Below, one piece after another: positions 30,249 to 47,624 of a stretch of DNA of 64,000 nt (positions are counted from its first letter, which is position 1; each line of letters starts with the position of its first letter). The notes under the pieces were generated by a model. The model was not told the origin of the DNA. It did not search any database and was given only the letters and a program-made list of their open reading frames with translations. Source of the stretch: the human T2T-CHM13v2.0 reference genome, Homo sapiens; NCBI RefSeq assembly GCF_009914755.1, contig NC_060938.1. One strand, written 5' to 3'. The position numbers and the translations under genes were made by a program.

Positions 30249-30367
30249 TAATGGGTTCAGTGGCAAATGTTACTGGAGGTAAATGCAGGGCTGAACTAGA
30301 TCTGTGCTTCTGAGAAATGAAGATCTCCTAAGAGACTTGGGTCAGAAGAGAAGCCACGTGCTGCAGC

Positions 30368-30525
30368 CCTGTGCTTTCCAAGATATCAGAATCACTAGGA
30401 AGAGCTTTTTAAAAATACATAATCTCAGGCTCTACCTTAGACCCATTGAATCAGATTCACAGGAATAGTGTTCAGGATAGTTTTTTGAATGCCATGAGGT
30501 AACCAGCCAGGTTAAGGGGCCACTG
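30368..30525. mobile_element. MER5-like (hAT-Charlie)
   Basis: tcagaatcactagg..ttttaaaaatac..attgaatcaga..ccaggttaaggggccactg. Confidence 0.6.
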
Positions 30526-30642
30526 CTGAGGCCCAGCAAACTTGAGAGCACGCCGCTCCACTATTTCAAACCATGTGACATTTTACAGTGGATAGACGGA
30601 GTTTTGTTTGAATACCAGCTTTAACATCTGCTAGCTGTGTGA

Positions 30643-30957
<315 letters not shown>

Positions 30958-32049
30958 TAAGAAATAAGTATCTCCCAGCTCAGTGGCTGGCACAGAATAA
31001 GCACAGAAAAAACATTTATTTCCTTCCCCCACCCTCCCTGGCCTCAGTTTCCTTGTTTATAGTGTGGCTGCTAATACTTGCACGTTCACCTTCCACATTC
31101 CCCCTCTCTGCACTGTAGAAGGAAGGGAACCTTCCAAGAGGCCCTTGGGTTACTCTCTGCTCAAGCAGGACAAGTACTTGGAGGTGGGGAGTAGAAAGAC
31201 AGAGGAAGCTTCATACTCCAACCCATGCCTCTCCAGGCTTCAAAGAGACTCCACAGCAATCAGTTGGAATAATTCTGATGGTTCTCGGAATCAGCTGTCT
31301 TCCAGTCACATCCAACGATAAACGCTGTTTTCTTCCTAACAGTCCACCCAGAGGCCAGCAGCCTCTGAGCTGCAAGGAGACGGCAATTGCCGGGAAATAG
31401 AACAGCCATTGCCCACTCCCCTTCCAGTGCCCTTGGTATCCTCATCACATGCCTCAGGGCAGGAAAGACAAGACTGGCTGTGAGGTCAAATAGCTGGTCT
31501 GCAGCTGCTTTAAGACGCCCCACTCCCTGGTCTCAATGCCAGCACTCTCTCCACAGCAGCCCAGGGCGGGCAGTGGAGGCAGGGAAAATGCATTCAGTCC
31601 ATCAGGCGTGGCATAGTTCAAATTACCAAGTCAGCATGAAAAGTCCCACTCTAAATGGACTGAAATTGGATTCTATTAAAAACCACATTCAGCGAGACCC
31701 TTGACTATTAATATTTGCTAAGACACGGAGGAGGGGGAGGCGGTGGAAGCCCCTGAGAAAGGCTGAGCATCTCAGCTGCTCCGTTGAGTTGCCTGTCTGA
31801 AAGGGAGCCTACGTCTGACCCCTAGACTTGCCTTGTTTTCCAAGTCTCACAGAATATTAGGGCTGGACAGAAGCTTGAAGCTCAGTAGTTCAACCCTCTT
31901 TTCTTTCAGATGAGAGATCAAGTCCAGAGATGATTAAGAGATTTATTCAAGGTCACACAGATAGTAAGCAGCAAATCTGAACTGGAACTCAGGTCAGTTT
32001 CCTGACAACAAACAATACTCTTTCCACTGAACCAAAGTATACTTCCAAA

Positions 32050-32131
32050 ATATATATACACACATATATGTATATGTGTGTACGTGTGTGTATATATATA
32101 TATATGTGTGTGTGTGTGTATATATATATAT
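32050..32131. repeat. Compound (TA)/(TG)/(CA) microsatellite
   Basis: About 80 bp of alternating purine-pyrimidine sequence. Confidence 0.9.
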
Positions 32132-32340
32132 GCTGTAAAATTGTTCTCTTCTAAAGAAAGAAGGAGCATAGTACTCATTTATTTACTCCCGCATTCAGTA
32201 CTTATTCCAATCACTTCATTAGGTGGTTCATTGGTAACAAGGAGTTGTCTCTGCTTGAGGGGCTTACAGTGTATAGGGAAGAAAAAAAAGTAAATGAGCA
32301 GTGTCAGTTCTGTGTAGGAAATGTTCTAGAAAACATCGTG

Positions 32341-32669
<329 letters not shown>

Positions 32670-33171
32670 CTATACCAACTCCAGAGGATCCAGGAAGAAT
32701 TTCTTGAGGGGAGCCAACTGGGTGGGGCAGGAGCAATGAGATAAGTAAGCTTCAGACTGGTGCCTATGACGATACACTAGAACTCCTTTTCCTGGATATA
32801 ATGTGAAAAGACTTGAGAGAAACATCACGTGAGCTGTCTTCTTACTTTTTTTCTGTTTTTTCATGCCTGGGCTCAAGCAATGTCACTTTTACTACCTTTG
32901 GAAGCCCAAACGGTAGAGAAATCACAGAAGACCCTGCAGGTTACATCTGATTAAAGCCTCTCCACGTAGAATAGGAACAAGCGGCTAGGTGTGTTTTCTC
33001 TGAGTGCAGTCAGAACCCTTCAACATTTGTGATTTCTATAATAGGGAAAATTCTAGACCAAGTTTAGCTCACACATGTAGCTCCAGGGGCATAATGTCAT
33101 GAGTACCTTGAATATATCCCATTATTTTATGTTCCTTTGTTTTCTCTAATCTCAGCCTTTTTATTCTAGTG

Positions 33172-33288
33172 CAGTGCTGCCCGTTAGAAATGTGGTGTGA
33201 ACCACTTATATAATTTTAAATTTTCTAATAGTCACATTTTAAAAAGTAAAAAGAAATACAGAAAATTTCTTTCAATAATACATTCTAT
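33172..33288 (+). mobile_element. MER33, 5' part (split by L1)
   Basis: cagtgctgcccgttagaaat...taattttaaattttctaatagtcacatt matches the MER33 5' half. Confidence 0.8.
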
Positions 33289-33339
33289 GTGAAAATAAAA
33301 CTATGGAAACAAACCAAAAGAATAAAATATTCAAGAATA

Positions 33340-33490
33340 AGCCAGGCATGGTGGTGCATTCCTGACGCCCTAGCTACTTGGGAAGCTGAGGCAGGAACAT
33401 CCCTTAAGCCTAGGAGTTCAGGGCTATGGTGAGCTATGATCACATCACTGTACTCTGGCCTGGGTGACAGAGCGAGACCCTGTCTCTTTA
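33340..33490 (+). mobile_element. Alu monomer (FRAM/right-arm type) inside L1
   Basis: Single Alu arm, gccaggcatggtggtgcat...gagcgagaccctgtctc. Confidence 0.85.
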
Positions 33491-33826
<336 letters not shown>

Positions 33827-35565
33827 TCAGAAATAAATAGCAAAATAAGTGCAAAACTATCACTCTGAAGACTGCAAAAGATTGTTGGATGAAATTAAAG
33901 GAACCTAAATTAAATGGAAAGATATCCTATGTTTATGAATTGGAAGATTTAATTGTTAAGATAGCAATACTCCTCAAACTGACCTACAGATTCAACATAG
34001 TCTCTATAAAATTCCAACTGATGTAATTGCAGAAAATGATAAACTGATCCTAAACTTCATATGGAAATTCAAGAGACTCAAAATAGCCAAAATAATATGG
34101 AAAAAGAACAAAGTAGGAGGACCCACTCTCCCTGATTTCAAAACTTATGACAAAGCTACAGTAATCAAGATAGTGTGGTACTGGCACAAAGACAGACAAT
34201 AAGTAGATCAATGGACTAGAAATGAGAACCCAGAAATAAACCCTAGTATTTATGGTAAATTGATTTTCTACAGGGGTACCAAGATAGTTCAATGGAGAAA
34301 AAGGAGTATTTTCAACAAATGGTGCTGGGACAACTGGATAGCCGCATGCCAAAGAATGAAGTTAGACCCCACCTCTATATATAAAAATTTACTCAAAATG
34401 GATCAAAGACCTAAATGTAAGAGCTAAAATTATAGAATTTTTAGATGAAAGCATAGGTATAAATCTTCATGACCTTGGATTAGTTGATGGTTTCTTAGAT
34501 ATGACACTAAAAGCACAAGCTACAAAAGAAAAAGTAGAAAAACTAGACCTTTTATCTATTAAAACTAAAAATATTTGTGCTTCAAAGGACACCATCATGA
34601 AATGGCCACCCACAGAATGAGAGAAAATGTGTGTAATCCCACATCTGATAAGGAAGTTGTGTCCAGAATATATAAAGGACTATTACAACTCAATAATAAA
34701 AAAGACAATCCAATTTTTAAATGGGAAAAGGATCTGAGGGACATTTCTCCAAAGAAGATATGCAAATGGCCAATAAACCCAATAACAGATCATCCACATC
34801 ATTAGCCATTAGAGAAATACAAATCAAAACCACAATGCAGGACCACTTCACAACCATTAGGATAGCTGTCATGAATAAGACAGGTAACAAGTACTGGTGA
34901 GGATGTAGAGAAACTGAAACTCTCATACACTGCTGGTGGTAACACAACATGATGCAGCTACTGTGGAAGAGTCTGGCAGTTCCTCACATGGTTAATCATA
35001 GAGTGACCCTATGACCCAGCAATTCCACTCCTGAGTCTATACCCAAAAGAACTGAATACATGTGCCCGCCCAAAAACCTATATATATATATGTTCACAGC
35101 AGCATTATTCATCAAAGTCGAAGAGAAAAAAAACAAAATGCCCATCAACGTTGACAATGAATGAATAAATAAAACTTGGTATATATCCACACAACAGAAT
35201 ATTATACACAATAAAAAGGAATGAAGTACTGATACATGCTACAACATGGATGAACTTTTAAAACATTATTCTAAGTGAAAGAAACCAGGCACAAAGTATC
35301 ACGTATTTTATGATTCCATTCACATGAAATCTCCAGAGTAGACAAATCCATAGAGACAGAAAGCAGCTTAGTGGTTGCCTAGCAGAAGGGGTCAGGGAGA
35401 TGAGAGGACTGGGAAGTGGTAGCTAAGGGTGCGAGGTTCCTTCTTGAGGTCATGAAAATGTTCTAAACTTGATTGTGGTGATGGATGCATAACTCTGTAA
35501 ATATGCTAAAAGCATAAGGGAGTGTACATCTTAAATGGTGCATTATGTCTTAATAAAACTATTTA

Positions 35566-35773
35566 AATAATATATTTTATTCAACCCAATATACCTAGAA
35601 TATTACCATTTCAGCATATCCTTAATATAAAAACTACAAATGATACATTTTACTTTTTTTTTTCATAACCCAATGTGTAATTTCTACTTCCAGCACATCT
35701 CCATTTGGACTAGCCACATTGCAATTGCTCAACAGTCACATGTGGCTAGTGGCTATCATATGGGACACCAAAG
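35566..35773 (+). mobile_element. MER33, 3' part
   Basis: cagcacatctccatttggactagccacatt...cacatgtggctagtggcta. Confidence 0.85.
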
Positions 35774-36713
35774 TTGTACAGCCTTCAGGAAGATCCTATG
35801 AAGACCAAACAGTTACCAGATTGGTGGGGCCAACTGGTTCTTTTAATCCAACTCCTTCATGCAATGTCCAGTGCGCCCACTCCCAGACCTTTCTGTAGGC
35901 GCTGCCGCTGAATCAATACAGAGTCAAGATTGCAGTCTGCATGAGATAGAGTCCTAGCGGGGAAGAAGCCTCCACGGTCTGTGAGGTGAGCCTCCACTTC
36001 TGTCCCCGTGCTGGTGCACACACCCTTTGTCAGGTTCAACTTCAGACTTCAACATGTATGAGTGGTGTGTGTCATTTATGAAAATAGGAATGTAATAGTA
36101 CCATTCCCTCATAACTATTTTGAGAATGGAATGTCATAATGTATGTAAACTGCTTTGGATGGTGTCTGGTACGAAGTAAGCATTATTTGATATTAGGTAA
36201 TTATTGGGGAATAATAATCATATCATTAATTTTTGTCTCTGGCTTTTATTTTATTTATTTGTTCATTTATTTTGCCATGTCTTATGGTGTTGATTGTCTC
36301 TGGCTTTTAGCAGAGTGCCTGGCACATAGCAGATTCTCAGGAAACCATAGGTCTTCACATTAGAATCTTATGATGTCCTCAACAGTTGGCTCTCTAGCCA
36401 CAGCCCGAACACTTCCAGGGAGTCCTATGTCAAAGACAGCACATTCCATATTTAGTTCGTTTTGCCTTATAGAATGGACCTTCTTATGTCAGGCTGAATC
36501 TGTCTTTCAGTAGCTTTTATCCACAATTGCCTTGGCCCTGCCCAGGGAAAGACAGTCTTCTCCTCTATATAACATTTTTCCAAATATTTAAGGACAGTCA
36601 GTCATCTGAGCTGTCTTCATAATCTCCTAGTTTCCAGTCTATATGTTCTCAGTTCCTTCAACTCCTCTCCTAACAGGTTTTTCAGCTCTGAGCTTTGTTT
36701 TTCAGTCTATTAG

Positions 36714-37006
<293 letters not shown>

Positions 37007-39621
37007 TAGTGTCCCTCTTTAGATACAGCACACAGAACTATACTGGCCAGCACAGAAAACAGGGAACCATCATCATTTCCCTACCTCTGGATTGCAAAAT
37101 GCCTTGCCTTTTTATCCAATCATTCCACAGTTGGAATGTAGCATGCTTGTGGCCCCATCTCTTACTTATACCATGACTTTTTAAAGAATAATGCAATATA
37201 AAATAATAATAAAACAATATTTACTCCAAAGAAATTTCATGTATTGTATTACTGAGTTATAATTATGTGCCATAAAATGCACAGATCTCAAGCATTAGTT
37301 AATAAGTGAATACACTCCTGCAACAATACACCAATCACAATATAGGACATCATCATCACCCTAGAAACTTCTCTCATGTCCCTTTCTAGTCAATCTCCTC
37401 TTCAAACTCCTAGAGGCAACCACTATTCTGATTTCTAGCCCTATAGATTCATTTTACAAAAATAAAAATTGTTTCTGACATTCATGTAAGTGGAAAAATA
37501 CAGTATTGTAACTTTTTTATCTTAATGCAATACAATTTCATTCTTATTAAACATAATCATATTGCTTTCCATATTTCCTCATAGCTTCTTGTGAACATTT
37601 TGATCTTGGTTCTGCCAACCATATCTGCTAATTTCCCTAACTTTATGCCACCTACAGACTTAATAATTCCTTCTGTCCTTTATCCAACGTAAGACAAAAC
37701 CAATGATAGAGTCCAGGGTACTTAACTAGAAACCTCCCTTCAATTTTCAAGCTTAGGAAATGAGAAGCATTGTGAAAGCGCCAGCCAAATGGGGGCACCT
37801 GGAGACAACACATGTGGATGGAGAGGGCTGTGTTCTGTTAGGATGCAGTGAAGAGGGAGGTGATGACAGGACATCCTGGTGGGATGTGTGCTAGGGAAGG
37901 GGAACGGCTCAGAAGAAGGTCTGAGAGTCACTTGCATAGAAATTACCAATGTGGAGGGAGGAAAAGAGCTCCCAAAGGGAAGAACCGAGGGCTGGGTCAG
38001 TCACCTACAAGAGAGGGCCTCAAAGGTTTCCAAGGTCATCTGAGGAGTCTTGAGTGAAAGCTGTTGTTTGGTCTGGTTTTATGTTTTGCTTTGCTTTGTT
38101 TGTTTTGATAAGTCCTAAGTGGAGTCTGGCAGCCTATAAGGCAGATGATATTTCTAGATTTAGAAGTAACTGAAATTGTGCAATCATGGAGAGACATAGT
38201 CCATTCCCTCACTCCCCCAACCTCGGAGCAGTGAGGCTTCGGGGACAGGCAGAGTACAGGCTGGGGGCAGGGGTCAGGGAGGGACGTTTGAAACACATCG
38301 ATCTTCCCTTCCTTCAGGGGAGAACTCTGGTAAAGTCAAGGCCACCTTATCGAAATGTTCCTTACATTTTTACTTTTTGATTATTTTTGATTCAGCATTA
38401 TAGGGCTTCTGCTTCTTTGACACACACGTGGGCTTAGAAATGCAGGTAGGCACCTGACCCACACCTGAGGAAGTGTGAACCTGGATCTGCCATCCCTGGC
38501 TGTGGGATTTGAGCTTGTGGCAGGCCTTATACTCACCTATAAATGGGCAAAGGTGAGTCAGAAATCTGTCAGAGTGTCAGAATCAGCCAGCCAGCATTTT
38601 AAAAAATATATGTGATGGGGTCTAGGAAACTATTTTATTTAGAAGCTAGAACTCCAGTACTGGTTCATAAACTGATATTTGGGAGTTACTGAACTGTAAA
38701 GTCTTTTACAGTCCTAATATTCATAAATACATGGTAGGATATCCTAGGTAACTCCATATGGAATTGATCCTTCCTGGTCCATGTAAAGGGGCTTGAGAAA
38801 ACACGAAGGGATGGAGGTGAGAACAATGGGGACAGGGTATCCGACTATCAGGCATGGTTACAGGTTCTTGGTAGACTTCATTTTATGGAAACATCTATGA
38901 TAAGGAAATGAAGAAATTAAAAAGGCATTCCAGTGGCCCATTTGGCATGTAATTCAGTGTAAGCAAGGTACTTATACCTCATCCACAGTGGACTGAACTG
39001 TAAACCTTTGAGCATGAGATAATTTAGGACTCTCAAGTATCATCCGAGCTGGCATTGAGCTTGCAGAAGGACTAAATCCTTTAGCTTCTTCTATTCCCCT
39101 TTCACTCCCTGTAACCAAACTACTTTTTGAGCCTCTAAGCCTCACTGTCTTAGCCTGAGTCTAAATCTACACCTTCTCAGGTTGACACCAGCATCTAGTT
39201 AAAAGAACCTGGGGTCTCTTTAGGACCCAGAAAAAGGGAGAGTAAAACAAAAGAGGAAAGGGAGAGTCTATTCAATAAGCTAAAACCCTCTTTGTCAATC
39301 ATGTGGCTCATTTGGAGAAGAGAAACTGAGGCACAGAGCAATGGTGTATTCAAGGAACCATGCTGGACACAGCAGGCGACTCTTTAACCTGGCTCTCAGT
39401 CCTTCTGGGATTGGATTCTCTGCACAGAGACCTAAAAGTTTCCCTTCAGGACTGCTGAAGGTTGTTTGAATTGATTTCCTGCCTCCCCTGGTAAGTGGCA
39501 ATAGGGGAATTTTTAATAAGACTATTAATAGAAATTATGCATTAGAGAATGTCTAGTGAATCACTAATACAAGAATTATGTCTGGTAATCAAAATTCATG
39601 CTGAATAGTGCTGATGTTATA

Positions 39622-39668
39622 GTGTGTGTGTGTGCGTGCGTGTGTGTACATGCATGCATGTGCGCGTA
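39622..39668. repeat. (TG/CG/CA) alternating purine-pyrimidine tract
   Basis: gtgtgtgtgtgtgcgtgcgtgtgtgtacatgcatgcatgtgcgcgta. Confidence 0.85.
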
Positions 39669-39884
39669 CCCACGTGAGTCAGGGTCAAGAAGGTTAAATA
39701 CGTCAAAGGCACATTGGTAATATGGTTTCCTCCTGCTATTGGTCCATATACAAAGATTTTATTCAAGAATGAGCCCACTAAAGTATAAAGTTAGTTTACA
39801 ATTAGAATGTAATCAGGTTCTTAGCATCACTTGATGGCATTCTGTCCTGGTGTAAAGAGTTTTTAAATCTCAGCAGCTCACACA

Positions 39885-40035
39885 TCTCCCCCAAGCTTAA
39901 ATATATGCATGAATCACCCGGGAATCTTGTTATAATGCAGATTCTGATTCAGCAGGACTGGAGCAGAGCCCAAGGCTCTGCCTAACAAGATCCCAGGTGG
40001 TGCTATGCAGCTGGTCTGTGGACCACACTAAGCAG
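39885..40035. mobile_element. MER5A
   Basis: gaatcacccgggaatcttgttataatgcagattctgattcag...gctggtctgtggaccacact. Confidence 0.75.
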
Positions 40036-41821
40036 GAGGGGATAGAGTGGCCTGACTCCTGAGCACAGGCCAACAGCCTGCAGAGTCAGCTAATCCCCAG
40101 CCCTGTATCCAGATACTCCTTCTGACCATTCCTTTATCTAGCCACATATTGTTTATAAATAAACCACAGTATTCTTAAGTGTCGCTAAGGCTTTTGGCAT
40201 GTCACCATTCCAAAAATCTTGAGGACCAAGGTAAGGGCTCCACACACCACTTTTGCCTCCAACCACCTACCCCCGACTAAACTCTAAGTCCTTCTTTGCA
40301 CAACCCTAATCCGTCCCTTATAATCCATCCCCCCAACCCTACCATTTCATTCCCCATTTTCCTCCCTACAGAATAACCCAATCCTATAATAGAAAACATC
40401 TGTTGACTACTGTGTGCCAGAACTGTTTTTTGCTATCCTTATTGGGTTTGTAAATGTCACTTTATGAGGTACTTATTATTCTAACCTCTATATTACTGAT
40501 GAGAGATTTGAGACTCAGAGGGATCAAATAAATTGCCCAGAGTCTTACAACTAATAAGTGGAAATACCAAGGTGTGAACCCAGGCTGTCCAACTCTGAAG
40601 CCCACATTCTTGGCCCACTGTGATGTTGGAAACTGTTTCCCAAGATGGTGAGCACTCCATTCTCCCCAGGATGTCAAGGGCTTGCACATCCTCTTCTCAG
40701 CCTAAATTGTATCTGGTACTAACCCACTCTGACTACTTTAATCTCTCCTTCACCTGGAATAAAACCACATCAGGTTCTGAATGTCCAGGATAAAAATCTG
40801 ATTTAAATTTCAAGCATCCTCAGAACTTGAGAAGTTGGCCAAATTAATCTGTGAGATCCCCAGCCTCCCGTTCCTAAACCTCCCTGCTACCCTCTATGGG
40901 ACCACCTTACAGCCCCCGCCTCCCACTCACTTCAAGCCCCTGTTCTCTACCCTTCCTCCCTTCCACATCAAAAGTGCCTTCAGCAAAAAATCTACAAATG
41001 ATTAATAATACCTCCACACACTTGAGGTTTTGGGGGCAGTTTGCATTTTAAGCCTTATCACTATTCAAGGGAGAAAAGTCTCAGGGAGCTGAGGTCTGAA
41101 GAATAAATGGTTGTTGATTAGGCCCAAGCTGTAAAGGAAAGGAGGAGAAGAAGGAAGGATATTTCAGGCAGAAGGACCTATTCTTGCATATTGTAATATG
41201 CATATCATAATAAATGTTTGCTGATGAAGCAAAGAAAAGAAAAGAGGCATATTTAAGGGATTTCCCTGCAAAACCTCTGGCCTCCCTTCCTGCCTTTTAT
41301 CCAACTCTAAGAAAAGACAGTTGGATTTTAAAAACCATAATATGTGTCTTCTCTCCTCCCCTGACCATATGAGTTGATTTTTCCTTTAAATAGTTAATCT
41401 AAAAGTAAATATAAAAATTCTACCAGTTACCACTTAAACAAAAGAAAAGCTATGATTTCCAACCAAAAGGTGCTTGTTTTAAGAGAATAAGGTGGAGGTG
41501 CTTCCTTTACCCTCCCACTGGCACATTTGGCTATTCAGGCCCCCAAACAGTTTCTCCGTCTGGAATTGCTGCATAATGATTGGGGTCTGGCCTCTGACCT
41601 CTGGAGCCCTATCAGGAATGGGAACCAGAATCTTGAGCTTTGCTGGGAAGGTCACATGTTGGCCTAGTTCATAACCTGGCAGCTCTACCCATTGTCTCTG
41701 TGCAGCTCAGTTTTCTTGCCTCACTTTTCAACCCCTTGACTTGTCTGAGTTATGGGAAGTTATGGATGCTCTTCTAAGAGCAAACAAGCAAGAAGACGGT
41801 AACAAAATCAGCTTCTCATTA

Positions 41822-42188
<367 letters not shown>

Positions 42189-42223
42189 TCAAGGTGCACT
42201 TCTTTTCCTTGCCCTTGGCCTGT

Positions 42224-42456
42224 ATTGTAAACTCTTTCCTCTGGCTACTAACTGGTGAGAGATCAGTGGGTTATGAACACTATCATATGCCTGTCATCAA
42301 GGATGCAAAAGTGGGGAAGACACATGGTCTCACTGGTGTGACAGCCATGTGCCTGTAATCCTAGTTACTTGGAAGGATAAGGCAAGTAGATTGCTTGAGC
42401 TCGGGTGTTTAAGACCAGTCTGGGCAACATAGTGAGACCCTCATCTAAAAAAAAAA
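42224..42456 (+). repeat. Inverted duplication, arm 1 (L2-derived flank plus Alu monomer)
   Basis: 42224-42336 aligns without gaps to the reverse complement of 43633-43745 (99/113 identical by hand count) and continues through a shared FLAM-like monomer. Confidence 0.85.
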
Positions 42457-42469
42457 ATAGGAATAGTGC

Positions 42470-42983
<514 letters not shown>

Positions 42984-43513
42984 AATAGTGTAGACCAGAC
43001 CAGAACAGAATGGAATGTAGAAGACTAAGGAAGAGGAACCTGGGATGCACTGGGAAGCTGTGATCATAGGTATAGGCCAATAATAGGAGCTGGAGCAAAT
43101 AGTTCTTTATCATCTACTGAGACATCCCATGATCTTGAGGTGGGAACCAAAACCGTTTGACTGGTAAGGGCCTACTCAAAAGAACAAAGAGCAAGATGGG
43201 GGTGTTAGTATGGGTGTTCAGAGGGGAAATTTTGAGCTTTTACCTAGGCAAATGTGGGATAAGAGTATGGTAAGTGTTTAAGTGAAGTCTTTTAACCAGT
43301 ATAGCATCTTGCTAAAAATATAAAAGAAAGGTTCATCCACAAAATATTTGGGCAGTGACCTGAATAAGAATTAGCTTATTCTAAGAACAACCAACTTGAA
43401 TTTTTAAAAGGTAATCTCTGGCTCTTCAGCCAAGGGTTGAGCATCTAATTATTAGTTTACATGTTTGTCTGTCACATTAGACAAAAGTTCAAGGGCAGGG
43501 ACCATGTGTCTTC

Positions 43514-43745
43514 TTTTTTTTGGAGATGGGGTCTCACTATGTTGCACAGGCTGGTCTTGAACTCCTGAGCTCAAGCAATCCTCCTGCCTCAGCCTCCCAA
43601 GCAGCTGAGATTACAGGCACATGCTATTAGGCCCAGTAAGACCATGTGTCTTACTCATTTTTGCATCCTTGGTGATAGGCATATAATAGTGTTCATAACC
43701 CACTGAGGTCTCAACAGTGAACAGCCAGGGGAAAGAGTTTACAAT
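43514..43745 (-). repeat. Inverted duplication, arm 2 (FLAM-like monomer with both TSDs, in L2)
   Basis: The monomer is flanked by gaccatgtgtctt at 43500-12 and 43640-52. Confidence 0.85.
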
Positions 43746-43746
43746 A

Positions 43747-44085
<339 letters not shown>

Positions 44086-45099
44086 CTAGAGCCATTTCGG
44101 CTTCACCTACTCCTGCACAAAGCTTAAGACAAGGGCAGACCTATGCCCTAAAGTCGCCCTAATGAAAACCTCTCCTTTCCTCAGCCTCCACTGCTCTCAT
44201 TTTGCATTTCACCCATCTCATTATTGTCTAAGCATCCCAGCTTTTGCATCATAAAGCAAAATCCCTAAGTGAGCTGTAATTCTGACATAGTTTGTTCACC
44301 AAGTCTCAATTGGGAAAAAAAACAACTATATGGTATAAGAATCTTCCTCCAAGACACCCAAACAGCATCATCAGCAAGCCCGCATCACTCATTCGGGGGC
44401 CATTCAGGAAATATGGTCTTGTCAGGTTTACAATCATGAGATCTCTAAGTCTGGAGAAGAGGCTTTATTTCTGGTACAGGTTTACAGCCTGCAGGGTGGC
44501 CAACCTGACAAGCTGGAAAGTAGCCTTTGGCAGAGACTGTTAGCAGGCCTTCAAGGGAGAAGAAGTTGGAACAGAAATTTATGCTGAAGGGTAAATTTGG
44601 CTGAGTGTATATATTCAACAAGTAATGGGAGGAACTATAAATATTCATGAAGGGGGTCCTGATGCATGCATACTGAACATGCATTTTACATGTGTCCCAT
44701 GTTCATTTTGGGGTGGAGACTTACCATTTAAATGCACTGCAATTAAGCCCTATATGTCCAAAAGTTGAAGCAGGGACACGATGTCACACAAGTGCACAGG
44801 CTCTGTAAATGCCAGAACCAGTCCATGGTGAGTGGGCACTTATCAGGAGAAAGTTACTGAAATCAGCCTCTTGTTCAATCAAAGCTGTAGTTTTGGCTTG
44901 TGGAACAGGTCGGTCCATTAGCATCTGGCAGTGGACAAGCTACAATTGTTTCAATATTGCTTATCCAGAGGCCAGTGCTTGATTACTAGAGAAGAAAACC
45001 CTTGTGGCAGTTGGGATATAGTTTATTCTTTAAATGTAGGGGTGAATGACTTAATCTTGCCTGGCATGGCCTTAGGTCCTGTTTATAACGTGGTATCTA

Positions 45100-45777
<678 letters not shown>

Positions 45778-46634
45778 ATGGTCTCTATTTTAACATTAGT
45801 GTTGGTCAGTGTCTAAACTGCAAAAGGGAGGGCGTACAAGGAGGCGTGTCTGACCTCCCATCCCATCCTGGCTGGGAACTCAGTTTTTAAGGTTTCTCTA
45901 GGGTTCCCTTGGCCAAGAGGGGATCTGTTCATATGGTTGAGGGGCTTAGGACTTTTTTTTTTTAGTTTTCAGTCTTAAGGGCCATGATGACCAGTTCGGG
46001 AGCATCAAAGGGAGCATTGGGGCATTCACGTCATTAGCTTGAAGGAGCAACTCCCAAGCTGGTTTCAAGATGGCTGGCAGGCCCTGTGTTGTCACAAAAG
46101 AGGGATTCCCTTTGTCCAAAGCTAGGAGAGCTCAAATTCTCTACAGCTCCCCCCATCAGACAGATGCCCCAAAAGAGCTCGTGAAAGGAGAATGACCTGG
46201 TGGCACCAAAAATACAGACAGGCTCCCTTCCCAAGAACTCTCCCAGTGCCTCTGTCGTGCATACAGCCCTGGGGCTAATCACGAAGTTTCGTTTGTTTTC
46301 TGAAAAGGCAACTCACAAGAAACATGAGAGTAAAGGCAACTAGGAACAAGGAAACGAAACTGCTGGTGTCGCCTTCCCGCGCTCCTCATTCTGTTGACTC
46401 ACTCCTTGGCCTCCGAGATGAGCATCTCCAGCTCAGAAGTGAGGCCTGTTGACGGAAGCGTGATGAGCTTTCCTAGCCCAGGCCTGCTAGTCTAGCTGGA
46501 AGGCATCCTCTCTGTCATCATGCCATTTTAGAAAAATGCAATTCACCTATCTCTCTTGATGTATAGGAGGCTCCATTTGAAAAAATGAGGACTCTGATGG
46601 AGCCAAAGTCCACAGATGTAAATATCTCCGATAA

Positions 46635-47110
<476 letters not shown>

Positions 47111-47624
47111 TAGAGCTTGAAAGAAGCTCATCTAATTGGACCCCCTTTAAAGAGACTAAGGCCCATGGTGACAGGGCTGGGACACAAACCGATTTTTTGG
47201 AGACTCCAAGTTCAGTACTTCTTAATGGTTCTTGGTTCTTCCATGCCCTTTTAGGTTGGCAACTTGTTCCTGGGTTGGCAACTCAATCCTGGGACCCCTA
47301 AATAGGCACCCCAAAACTAAAAAGGGAAAGAAGATGTGACTTTCGGAGACCACCGTCAGGTCACTAAATTGAAAGACAGCTGCAGCCACCATCAAAATCC
47401 CTCATGCTTCTTGAGAGCTTCAGAGCTTCCTGACTCCAGTAGCCATGGCTGTGACCCCAGGGAGTCCTCTAAACCTCAGGTCTCCATGGAAATGGGGGTG
47501 ACCTCTGAGAGTGTTTGACACACATGTTTTGGAAGGACCGGGTGGCAGGAAGAAGGATTGTGTACCAACTTACACCTTGGGGGCCTGGAATTGGAATTGA
47601 TGTCACTGCTAGCAGGCCAAAGCA

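Noticed and set aside
33830-35100. L1 ORF2 as a functional reverse transcriptase
   Set aside because: It is 5'-truncated with many stops and frameshifts.
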